A stretch of 64,000 nucleotides of DNA. Origin: Chloroflexota bacterium. GTDB lineage: Bacteria; Chloroflexota; UBA11872; VXNJ01. Position numbers and translations under genes: made by a program. A model generated the notes under the pieces. The model ran no database searches. It was not told where the DNA came from and saw only the letters and a program-made list of their open reading frames with translations. How positions within the stretch are numbered: the first letter of the stretch is position 1; every line of letters starts with the position of its first letter. Shown piece by piece: positions 9,287-17,424 of the stretch. The stretch covers positions 1,251,317 to 1,315,316 of the forward strand of contig OZ253449.1 of NCBI GenBank assembly GCA_965261345.1, written 5' to 3'.

Positions 9287-12200
9287 TCAGGCGCCTGGCG
9301 CCCGGGCCAGGCTGACCTGGAATGTTTGCCCTGAAATTTCCAACGGCTGGCTCAATTCAGGATTCCTTAACCGGATCGGGTGGAGCGAGATCGCCAGGAC
9401 CTCGCTGGCAATTTCGGTGCCGTGTTCGGCCAGCAGCCGGTCGGCCTCCGGACCGGTCAGTGAGACCTCGATCCGGTCGGAGATTTCGTATCCGGCGCTG
9501 CGCCGCATTCCCTGGATCGCGTGAACGATCTCGCGCGAGAGGCCCTCGCGCCGCAGTTTGGCGTCAATCGCGGTGGTTAGGCCAACCGCAATTCCATCGC
9601 CGACCGCCACCGCCAGGCCCTCGATTCCCGAATAGCGGATTGCCAGGTCGTCGGCTAAGAGTATTTCCAAGCGACCGGCCAGCTCAATGGGGATTTCCTC
9701 GCCGGCATCGGCCTGGGCGGCAACCCGGGCCGGATCAAGCTCGGCGATCGCCGCCGCCGCCGCCCCGATGGACCGCCCGAAACGCGGTCCCAGCGAGCGG
9801 AAATTGGGTTTGATCTCAAACGAGAGCAGGCGCGAGGAGGAATCGGATACGCGCAGCGCCTTTACGTTCACCTCCGAGCAGATCAGATCACGGTGGCGGT
9901 CGATCGCCCGGCGGGCATTGCGGTCGGCGGTGCCGACCACGAGCTCGGCCAGCGGCTGGCGGGTTTTGAGGTTGGCCTGCGATCGGGCCGCCCGCCCCAA
10001 CGAGATCACCGTCCGCAGCACCGCGAACTCGGCTTCCAATCCAGCGTCGATCCGTTCGGGCCGGGGCTGGACAAATGGGCAGAGGAAGACGCTTGCCGGG
10101 GCGCCAGGGACGTGCGCCTCCAGGTTCTGGTAGAGCTCCTCGGCCAGGTGCGGGGCCAGCGGAGCCATCAACCGGACGATCCCGGTCAACACCTCGTAGA
10201 GCGTCGCGTAGGCCGCCGCCTTATCCTCGTCGGCCTGCGACCTCCAGTAGCGGCGTCGACAGAGTCGCACGTACCAGTTGGAAAGGTCGTCCCAGAAACG
10301 CTCCAACTGCCCGACTAAGGGATATACCCAGTAGTTCTCATAGGACGTCTGGGCGCTGGCGACAAGGGAGTTGAAACGCGAAATAATCCAGCGGTCAAGC
10401 ACCGGGCGGGAGCCCAGCGGCGGGGCCGCCGTCAACGGGTCGAACTGGTCGAGTTCGGCGTAGGTGAGGAAGAACGCGTACACGTTCCAAAGGGTTAGGA
10501 ACCGGCGCACCACCGCGCGCGCGGGCTGGTAACCGAAACGCACATTGGCGTTGGGGTTGGTGCCAACGTACATCCAGCGCATTACGTCGGCGCCCATCTT
10601 GGCGACCGCCTCGTCAAAGTCGATCGAATTTCCAAACGAGCGGTGCATCGCCTGGCCGTTCTGGTCCATTACCTTTTCGTAGACAAAGCAGGTCCGATAG
10701 GGCGCCCGGTCGGCGATCGCCACGCTCATAAAGAGCATCGAATAGAACCAGAGCCGGATCTGTTCACGCATCTCGGTAATAAAGTCGGCCGGGAACCACT
10801 GGTTCCAGGGCGAATCGGGGTCGGCCTGGTCGCCGCCGAGGTAATTTAGGGTCGAAAACGGCACGATTCCGGCGTCCAGCCAGCAGTCGCCGACCTCCTT
10901 TACGCGCTCGAGCTGGGCCCCGCAAACGCAGGCAATCCGGATCTCGTCGATCCAGGGTCGGTGCAGCTCTGGAAGGGAGTCGACCGCGGCCGGGTCGATC
11001 GCCCGCGCGCGCAGCTCGGCCAGTGAGCCGATGACCGTGAGCTCGCCGCAGTCGGGGCATTCATAGAACGGCAGCGGCAGGCCCCAGTAGCGCTTGCGCG
11101 AGATGGCCCAGTCGCCCATGTTCTCCAGCCAGTCGACCATCCGGGCCCCGGCACTGGCGGGCACCCAGTTGACGGTACGGGCGGCGGCGATCATCCGCGG
11201 GCGGATCTGCTCGCACGCGATGAACCACTCGTCGACCAGATTGAAGACGATCTCCTCTTTGCAGCGCCAGCAGACCGGGTAGCGATGGGTGTGGTCGCCA
11301 GCGACCAGGAGCAGGCCTTTGGCCTTTAGGCGATCCACAATGTAGGCGGTCGAATCGGCTACCCGGCGGCCGGCCAGTTCGCCGTAATCCTCCCGGTAGG
11401 CGCCTTCGCCATCAATGATTGAGAGCGCCGGCAGGCCCTCGCGCTGACCCAGCTCGAAGTCTTCGGCCCCCGATCCCGGGGCGATGTGGACGATCCCGGT
11501 GCCCTCGTCGCCGACGACTTCTTCCCAGGCCACGATCCGGCGCGGGACATCGCGCTGCGGGTCGAGCTCGTCCCAGGGGCCCTGATAGGTCAGGCCAAGC
11601 AGCTCTCGGCCGGGGAACTCCCGTTCGATTCGGGCCCCAGGCCCCAGGACCCGGTCTACGGCGGCGCGGGCCAACACATAGCGTTTCCCGTCCAGGCTGG
11701 CGCTAACGTATGCCAGGTCGGGGGCCACCGCGCAGGCGACGTTGCCAGCCAGGGTCCACGGGGTGGTGGTCCACACCAGCAGATGCTCACCCTCACGTTG
11801 CCGGATCGGCAAGGCCAGAGTGACGGCGGTGTGGGTGAGTACCTGATAGGTGTCGGTGCCGAGCAGTTCGTGCTGCGAAAGCGAGGTCCCGCAGCGGGTG
11901 CACCAGGGCATGACGCGATTGCCGCGGCGCAGCCAGCCGTTCTCGCTGCAGACCTTGAGGAAATGCCAGATGTGCTCGATGTTGGAATCGGAGTGGGTGT
12001 AGTAGGAATCGTCCCAGTCCATCCACATCCCCAGGCGCCGGGACTGGCCGGAAATCCGCTCGCCAAAGCGTTCCACCCGCGCCGCGCAGGCCCGCGCGAA
12101 GCGGTCCAGGCCGTAGGCTTCGATCTCGCGCTTGGAATTGAGCCCAAGCTCGCGCTCGACCTCGACCTCAACCCACAGCCCCTGGCAGTCAAACCCGTTC

Positions 12201-12454
12201 TGGTAGCGCTGGTGGAACCCGCCCATGGCCTTGTAGCGGGTGTAGATGTCCTTGTAGGTTCTGCCCCAGGCGTGGTGGACCCCCATCGGATTGTTGGCAG
12301 TTATCGGCCCGTCGATGAAGGAATGACGGGGCCCGTTGCGGTTCTGCTCGCGCAGCTTGGCAAAGACCTGGTTGTCTTCCCAGAAATCCTGGGCTGCGGC
12401 CTCGATCGCAGGCAGGTCGGGGACCTGCGGGGGGCGGCTAAAGTGGGTTGCCAT
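9287..12454 (-). CDS. ileS: Isoleucine--tRNA ligase
   Basis: 1055 aa class I aaRS. It has a HIGH-region variant 'NNPMGVHHAWGRT', zinc-type motifs 'WCTRCGTSLSQHEL' and 'CWRCKEEIVF', an editing-domain-sized insertion and a long C-terminal extension. IleRS is preferred over ValRS by overall pattern. Not aligned. Confidence 0.8.
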   Translation of the reverse strand: MATHFSRPPQVPDLPAIEAAAQDFWEDNQVFAKLREQNRNGPRHSFIDGPITANNPMGVHHAWGRTYKDIYTRYKAMGGFHQRYQNGFDCQGLWVEVEVERELGLNSKREIEAYGLDRFARACAARVERFGERISGQSRRLGMWMDWDDSYYTHSDSNIEHIWHFLKVCSENGWLRRGNRVMPWCTRCGTSLSQHELLGTDTYQVLTHTAVTLALPIRQREGEHLLVWTTTPWTLAGNVACAVAPDLAYVSASLDGKRYVLARAAVDRVLGPGARIEREFPGRELLGLTYQGPWDELDPQRDVPRRIVAWEEVVGDEGTGIVHIAPGSGAEDFELGQREGLPALSIIDGEGAYREDYGELAGRRVADSTAYIVDRLKAKGLLLVAGDHTHRYPVCWRCKEEIVFNLVDEWFIACEQIRPRMIAAARTVNWVPASAGARMVDWLENMGDWAISRKRYWGLPLPFYECPDCGELTVIGSLAELRARAIDPAAVDSLPELHRPWIDEIRIACVCGAQLERVKEVGDCWLDAGIVPFSTLNYLGGDQADPDSPWNQWFPADFITEMREQIRLWFYSMLFMSVAIADRAPYRTCFVYEKVMDQNGQAMHRSFGNSIDFDEAVAKMGADVMRWMYVGTNPNANVRFGYQPARAVVRRFLTLWNVYAFFLTYAELDQFDPLTAAPPLGSRPVLDRWIISRFNSLVASAQTSYENYWVYPLVGQLERFWDDLSNWYVRLCRRRYWRSQADEDKAAAYATLYEVLTGIVRLMAPLAPHLAEELYQNLEAHVPGAPASVFLCPFVQPRPERIDAGLEAEFAVLRTVISLGRAARSQANLKTRQPLAELVVGTADRNARRAIDRHRDLICSEVNVKALRVSDSSSRLLSFEIKPNFRSLGPRFGRSIGAAAAAIAELDPARVAAQADAGEEIPIELAGRLEILLADDLAIRYSGIEGLAVAVGDGIAVGLTTAIDAKLRREGLSREIVHAIQGMRRSAGYEISDRIEVSLTGPEADRLLAEHGTEIASEVLAISLHPIRLRNPELSQPLEISGQTFQVSLARAPGA

Positions 12455-13176
12455 CAGTTCGCCAGCGCGATCTCGACCCGGCGGTTGACTCGGCCCTTGT
12501 TCGACCCGCCAATGACCCGGATGGCCCCGACCTGGTCGGTTGCCTTGACATGGGTTCCGCCATCGGCCTGCAGGTCAATACCGACAATTTCAACGATCCG
12601 CACCTGGGTGATCGATTCGGGAAGGCGGTTAACCTGCGAGCGGATAAGGTCCGGGATTGCGAAGGCCTCGGCCCGCGGCAGCTGGTAGGCCTTAACCGGG
12701 GCGGCGGTCGCCAGCAGAGCGTTGCTGCGCGATTCCAGCTCGTTGAGGATGTCGCCGATCCGAACCCCCTCCAGGGCAAAGTCCATCCGCGCCTTGGACC
12801 CGTCGTCGGCGATGTTGGCGCCGGTTACCAGGGCCCCGAATCCGGAGAAAACGACCTGCGAGAGAACGTGTAGGGCGGTGTGCAAGCGCATCAATTTAAA
12901 CCGCCGCGGCCAGTCGATCCGGCCGTGCACCGGGGTGCCGACGGCTGGCGGATCGCCCTCGATCGGGTGGGCGATGTCCCCGCCGCGGCGGGCCGCCACC
13001 GCCACCGCATGGGTGTGGCCGGAGATTTCAAGCTGCCCGCTGTCGCCCGGTTGGCCGCCGCCGCGCGGGTAGAACGCACTCTCACTGAGAAAAAGGTCGC
13101 CACCGTCGACGGCGGTGACGGTCGCGGCGAATTCTTTTCGATACGCGTCTAGATAGTAGAGCGGTTTGGCGGGCAT
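12454..13176 (-). CDS. alaX: AlaX-type alanyl-tRNA editing protein (Ala/Thr-tRNA synthetase second additional domain family)
   Basis: 'HTALHVLSQV' is the HxxxH zinc motif and 'DLQADGGTHV' is also present. The start is moved to the Met of 'MPAKPLYYLDAY' (13176). The stop overlaps the ileS start by 1 nt. Confidence 0.75.
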   Translation of the reverse strand: MPAKPLYYLDAYRKEFAATVTAVDGGDLFLSESAFYPRGGGQPGDSGQLEISGHTHAVAVAARRGGDIAHPIEGDPPAVGTPVHGRIDWPRRFKLMRLHTALHVLSQVVFSGFGALVTGANIADDGSKARMDFALEGVRIGDILNELESRSNALLATAAPVKAYQLPRAEAFAIPDLIRSQVNRLPESITQVRIVEIVGIDLQADGGTHVKATDQVGAIRVIGGSNKGRVNRRVEIALAN

Positions 13177-13269
13177 GGATCGTAAGGATACGAAGGGATT
13201 GGGGACGGCGGGGTAAGGCCGGCGCCGGCCAAGCAATTGGCCGCCAAAAAGTCTATGGCCTGGGAGGCC

Positions 13270-13833
13270 TTAGGCAGCCAGAACCAGGTATGTCTCCAGC
13301 ACCCAGCCGCCGCCCGGCTCATCGAGCTCCCGCCACGTTCCGTCGCCGTCGAGATGCAGCTGTCCGGAAAGGCGCACGATTTGCCGGTCGGGCAGGACCT
13401 GCAGGATCTCTCCGGCGTAGGAGGGCAGCGATCTGACGTTTAAGCCGATCGTGGCGTTAACCGCGGCGTGGCCGGCCGGAATCTGGGTCGGATCCACGGG
13501 CTCGGCCGTAGGCTGTGGCGCTGCGGTTGCGGTCGCGGTTGGGACAACGGTCGCGGTCGGGGTGGCGATTTGGGTCGGGATAGCCGTCGGGGTCGCTGTA
13601 GCCACCAGGGTCGGTACCGGGGCCGCCGCCGCGGTTGGCTGGGCCGGCCTGGCTGGGACCTGCTCGATCGCCCCGGGCGCGGCGGCTTGGTCGGGCGCAC
13701 GCCCAAACAGGGTAAATATTAGTAACAGGCCGAAAAGGCCGGTTAGGGCAAACCCCAGAGGCTGGAGGACGTCGCGACGGCGCCGCGCGCGACGGTTGGC
13801 CGGCGGAAGCGAGCGGTCCGGTTGTGCGAGCAC
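13270..13833 (-). CDS. Membrane-anchored SH3b-domain protein with Pro/Thr/Ala-rich linker
   Basis: GTG start. An Arg-rich N-terminus is followed by the TM helix 'GFALTGLFGLLLIFTLF', a PTA-rich linker, and a C-terminal 'IGLNVRSLPSYAGEILQVLPDRQIVRLSG...WRELDEPGGGWV' that looks like bacterial SH3. Confidence 0.6.
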   Translation of the reverse strand: MLAQPDRSLPPANRRARRRRDVLQPLGFALTGLFGLLLIFTLFGRAPDQAAAPGAIEQVPARPAQPTAAAAPVPTLVATATPTAIPTQIATPTATVVPTATATAAPQPTAEPVDPTQIPAGHAAVNATIGLNVRSLPSYAGEILQVLPDRQIVRLSGQLHLDGDGTWRELDEPGGGWVLETYLVLAA

Positions 13834-13858
13834 CGCGACACCCCCGAGGGCTTGCTAA

Positions 13859-14713
13859 CTAGCGCGATCGCGGGCCGCGGCGGCGCGACTCGGCCCGGCG
13901 CCGCGACCTGGCCGGGCGGCTGCGGCGCGGCCGGCCGGCCGATCGGGTCGAAGTCTCCGGTTCGTCCGTATAGAACTGGGCCGGTTGGTCGTCGATCGGA
14001 GCGGGTTCGCCGCCGCTGAGAAATTCGGGCAGGCCGGCGTCAGGATTGGCCGGCTTTTGCGGAACCGCGCCCTCCACGTACATCTCGTGTTCGTAGCGCA
14101 GGCAGCAGAGCAGGCGCCCACACACCCCGGAGATCTTGGCCGGATTGAGCGGGAGATTCTGGTTCTTGGCCATCCGAACCGAAACCCGGCCCGGTTCGAC
14201 CAGCCAGGATGAGCAGCACAGGCTCAAACCGCAGCGGCCCAGCCCGTCGACCAATGCCGCTCGCTCGCGCGAACCGACCTGGCGCAGTTCGATCCGGGCA
14301 TGGAAGACCCCGGCCAATTCGCCGGCGAGGTCGGAAAAGTCGACCTGGCCGCTGGCGGCGATATTAAAGGTCAGAGTCGCCCCATCAAAGCTCCAATTGG
14401 CCTTGATCGGTTTGATCGGCAATCCGCGTTCGCCGATGAGTTGCTTGAAGCGGGCCATCGCCTCGGTGGCCCGTACTGACTGCTCCTCGAATTTGATCCG
14501 GTCCTGCTCGCTGGCGTGTCGGATGACCTTGCGCAGCGGCGCGCGCAGCTCGGTGTCGTCGACCTCGGTCGGGGCCAGGATCACCCGTGCCAGCTCGGTG
14601 CGCGAGCCGGCCTCAACCAGGACCAGGTCCTCGACCTGGAAGGGGACCGAGTCGGGGTCGTAGTAGAAGAGGCGGCCGGCGCGCCGAAAACGTACGCCGA
14701 TAACAGTTGGCAT
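13859..14713 (-). CDS. yaaT: PSP1 domain protein (YaaT/RicT-like)
   Basis: 'VIGVRFRRAGRLFYYDP' and the Cys-rich 'GRCGLSLCCSSWL...CGRLLCCLRYE' are typical of PSP1/YaaT. It lies downstream of holB, as in Firmicutes and Actinobacteria. Confidence 0.85.
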   Translation of the reverse strand: MPTVIGVRFRRAGRLFYYDPDSVPFQVEDLVLVEAGSRTELARVILAPTEVDDTELRAPLRKVIRHASEQDRIKFEEQSVRATEAMARFKQLIGERGLPIKPIKANWSFDGATLTFNIAASGQVDFSDLAGELAGVFHARIELRQVGSRERAALVDGLGRCGLSLCCSSWLVEPGRVSVRMAKNQNLPLNPAKISGVCGRLLCCLRYEHEMYVEGAVPQKPANPDAGLPEFLSGGEPAPIDDQPAQFYTDEPETSTRSAGRPRRSRPARSRRRAESRRRGPRSR

Positions 14714-14892
14714 GGCAGCCGCGGTTGCGCTTTGCTTGGGTGGGAATTTATCAGATGGCTTGGCCCTGCCGGGACCGGGCCACCGGACACCGGTCGACCG
14801 CCCGACAGCAGGGTCGAGTAAAACGAGTCTATTTCGTCAGCTGACCAACGCAATGCCGACCCCCACGGGGGGGCTGGCGCCGGCACCTTGAC

Positions 14893-15870
14893 CTAGGTGG
14901 CCTGCAGGCGACCGATGTTTAGGAAAACGTCCTCGATTGCCGGTCGCAGCATCGCGTTCCCGCGCAGGCGCCGCAGACCCTCACGCAGCAGGGCCGCGTC
15001 GTTTGCCCAGGCAATCAGGCTGGCGGTCTCACCGCTGCGCCGGGCGGCCAGTGCCAACTCCAGCCACTCCAGCGACTCGATCGCCGCCGATCGCCGTTCG
15101 GCAGCGCTCCGCCCGTCGGTGGCCACGGTGGCGGCGACTTCCATCCTCCGGGCATCGTCGTTGCCGGCTTCGAGGGCCGAGAGCATCAGCTTGGCGCGGC
15201 GGTCAAAGCGTTGCAATAGCCGTCGGTCGGACGCCATCGCCAGTGCCCAGCCGGGCCGTCCGAAGGCATGCGCGAGGGCGGTTTCGAGGTCCTCTCCGTC
15301 AACCCCGGTGCGGCTTCTAACCAGCTCGCCCAGCAGTTTGTCGGGCAGGGCGTAGAGCCGCAGTCGCGAACAGCGGGAGGCCACCGTCGGCAGCAGCGAA
15401 CTCACGTCCGGGGCCGCCAGCATGATGAGGGTGTGGCCCGGCGGCTGCTCGAGCGTTTTGAGCAGCGCGTTGGCCGCGCTTTCGGAAAAAAGGTGGGCGT
15501 TGGGAAAGATGGCGATCTTGAACCGGCCGCCGACCGAGGTGAGCGCCACTCGGTTCTCGAATTCGCGGATCTGGTCGATCTGGACCCGGCCGTGACCCTC
15601 CGCAACATCAACGGTCCGGACATCGAAATCGGCCCCCTTGGCGATCCGCTGACAGCTGGGGCAGGCCCGGCAGGGACCCCGACCATCGGCGTCGGGGCAG
15701 TTTAGGTAGGCGGCCAACCCGCACATCAGGGTGGTCTTGCCCGAATGGGGTGGGCCGGTAAACAACAGCGCGTGCGGGAGGCGGCCGCTTGAGAGCATCA
15801 CCTCGATTAAGCGGACCGCGGCGGTCTGGCCGACCACCCCGAGATCTAGCGCCATGGTGTGGGTGGCCAC
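14893..15870 (-). CDS. holB: DNA polymerase III delta' subunit
   Basis: 325 aa with an AAA+ clamp-loader pattern: 'HALLFTGPPHSGKTT', a zinc module 'CPDADGRGPCRACPSCQRI', and 'ANALLKTLEQPP'. Confidence 0.85.
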   Translation of the reverse strand: MATHTMALDLGVVGQTAAVRLIEVMLSSGRLPHALLFTGPPHSGKTTLMCGLAAYLNCPDADGRGPCRACPSCQRIAKGADFDVRTVDVAEGHGRVQIDQIREFENRVALTSVGGRFKIAIFPNAHLFSESAANALLKTLEQPPGHTLIMLAAPDVSSLLPTVASRCSRLRLYALPDKLLGELVRSRTGVDGEDLETALAHAFGRPGWALAMASDRRLLQRFDRRAKLMLSALEAGNDDARRMEVAATVATDGRSAAERRSAAIESLEWLELALAARRSGETASLIAWANDAALLREGLRRLRGNAMLRPAIEDVFLNIGRLQAT

Positions 15871-15965
15871 TCGGACCGGGCCGGGAACTGATCAATCCCG
15901 GTTGGCGTCGACGCGGTTGCCCCGACTGCCCCGGTTAGACGATGGTGGCAGGCCCGCAAACGGAG

Positions 15966-16586
15966 TTAACCGGCCTCGACCGCGGCGCCGGCATAGGCGT
16001 CTATGAATTCGCCTAAGATTTCCCCGTCAACCTGGTTTAAGGCCAGCAGGGTGCCGTATGCGCTAACCGAAATGTGCGATCCGCTGGCAGCCCGGTAGGG
16101 CGCCAGGATCACTGGGCGATCGGGGAACAAATCGACGACCTCGGCAAGTTCGTCAACCATCCCGGCGCAGAGGCCGGCCGCCGGTGGACAGCTGTAACCG
16201 ATGACCACGTAGCCTTCGGCCAGGGCTGCCACCTGATCGAGGTTGCTGATCTCGCGGTCGTAGATTCCCGGCTCCGGGGCGGTCGCCGAACGCGCCCCCG
16301 AGGTGGGTGGGATCGTCAGGTAGGGATCATGCATCACGTCGGGCCCCACCACTACCGTCGGGGCGACGTCGACGCTGTTGCCGGGTGGGCCCTCGAGTAA
16401 TCCGTTTATGGCCATAAATTCAAATGGCAGCAGGACCACCATCAGCACCATCAGGATGACGAAGCGCTTCTGTCGAAAGGGGTTAAAACCCGCCCGCGGC
16501 GGCGGAGCGGCGCTGGCCGGAGCGCCCGCTGGCTCTACCGGCAGGCGAGATTGAGTTTTTCCGCGGCGGCGGCGGCGGGTGGCCAT
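15966..16586 (-). CDS. DUF3105-like membrane-anchored protein
   Basis: The track ORF (to 16874) is over-extended. A plausible start is ATG 16586 ('MATRRRRRGK...'), giving an Arg-rich N-terminus, one TM helix, then 'PPTSGARS...YVVIGYSCP...PVILAPY'. Family call by eye. Confidence 0.5.
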   Translation of the reverse strand: MATRRRRRGKTQSRLPVEPAGAPASAAPPPRAGFNPFRQKRFVILMVLMVVLLPFEFMAINGLLEGPPGNSVDVAPTVVVGPDVMHDPYLTIPPTSGARSATAPEPGIYDREISNLDQVAALAEGYVVIGYSCPPAAGLCAGMVDELAEVVDLFPDRPVILAPYRAASGSHISVSAYGTLLALNQVDGEILGEFIDAYAGAAVEAG

Positions 16587-16804
16587 GGTGTCCTTACTAG
16601 GTCTTGGGCTATCTGCTTGCTTGCTGCAATTTTCTTTATCCGGGACCGGACCGGCGGGATCGGGGCGGTGTCCCGGCAACTTTCTATAATTGCCCGAAGT
16701 GGTCGGATGACCCGACCGCCCGCGCCTGAGACTATGGCGGGGTGAAAGCTTGACGGGCAGCGTCCGCGTTGACCCACAATCTATTTTGTTTTTGAGGTTC
16801 TGGT

Positions 16805-17071
16805 TTGCCGTATCTAGGCACCAAGCAGGAAGCCATCCAAACCCTGCAAAACCATGAGCTGGACACCGGATCAACCGAGGTTCAGATCGGCGTATTGACG
16901 ACGCGCATTGTGCACCTTACCGATCATCTTCGGACGCACAAGCACGACCATCACTCGCGTCGTGGTTTGCTCAAGCTGGTTGGCAAGCGCGGCTCGCTGC
17001 TCAGGTATCTGCGGACCAAGAATTCTCAGCGTTACACGGAGGTGATAAGAACTTTGGAATTGCGCGGCTAA
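16805..17071 (+). CDS. rpsO: 30S ribosomal protein S15
   Basis: 88 aa with a TTG start. '[48 protein letters not shown]' is canonical S15. Confidence 0.95.
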   Translation: MPYLGTKQEAIQTLQNHELDTGSTEVQIGVLTTRIVHLTDHLRTHKHDHHSRRGLLKLVGKRGSLLRYLRTKNSQRYTEVIRTLELRG

Positions 17072-17193
17072 GGCCGCGTTGCAGGGCTGCGGTCTATCTA
17101 TTTGTATGGAACATGTAAGACCGCCGTACCCTGTCCCCCATTCGGCCCGGCCCGTCAATGTGCCTAAAAAAGGACACGACGGAATCCGGCCAA

Positions 17194-17245
17194 CGCTTTT
17201 TCTTTAAAAAGCGGCAGAGGGTTGACCAGTTAAAAAATGTCAACC
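17194..17245 (+). promoter_or_regulatory. Two adjacent hairpins in the AT-rich rpsO-pnp leader (candidate pnp autoregulatory / processing structure)
   Basis: Hairpin 1 is CGCTTTTT-cttt-AAAAAGCG (17194-17213). Hairpin 2 is GGTTGAC-N12-GTCAACC (17220-17245). Both lie inside the 353-bp non-coding gap upstream of pnp. Confidence 0.35.
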
Positions 17246-17424
17246 AATCCTTGGGCTTGGCCAGATAGTCATTCAATCGGAAAAGAAAGCAAACCGGCCA
17301 AAGCAGCCCGATTCGTGCTCTTCAAGGCAAAGAAAGCAACAAAAAAAGTTCTGCCCCCGAGCATCGACCGATTTCGGCCGCTTATTGAATTTTTTAAACT
17401 CCATTCATCTTTGAGAAGAGATCT

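Noticed and set aside
11486-12688. 400-aa plus-strand ORF, with many shorter ones between 9322 and 12873
   Set aside because: All of them lie inside or antisense to ileS and alaX, which have clear family motifs. Their composition is shadow-frame-like.
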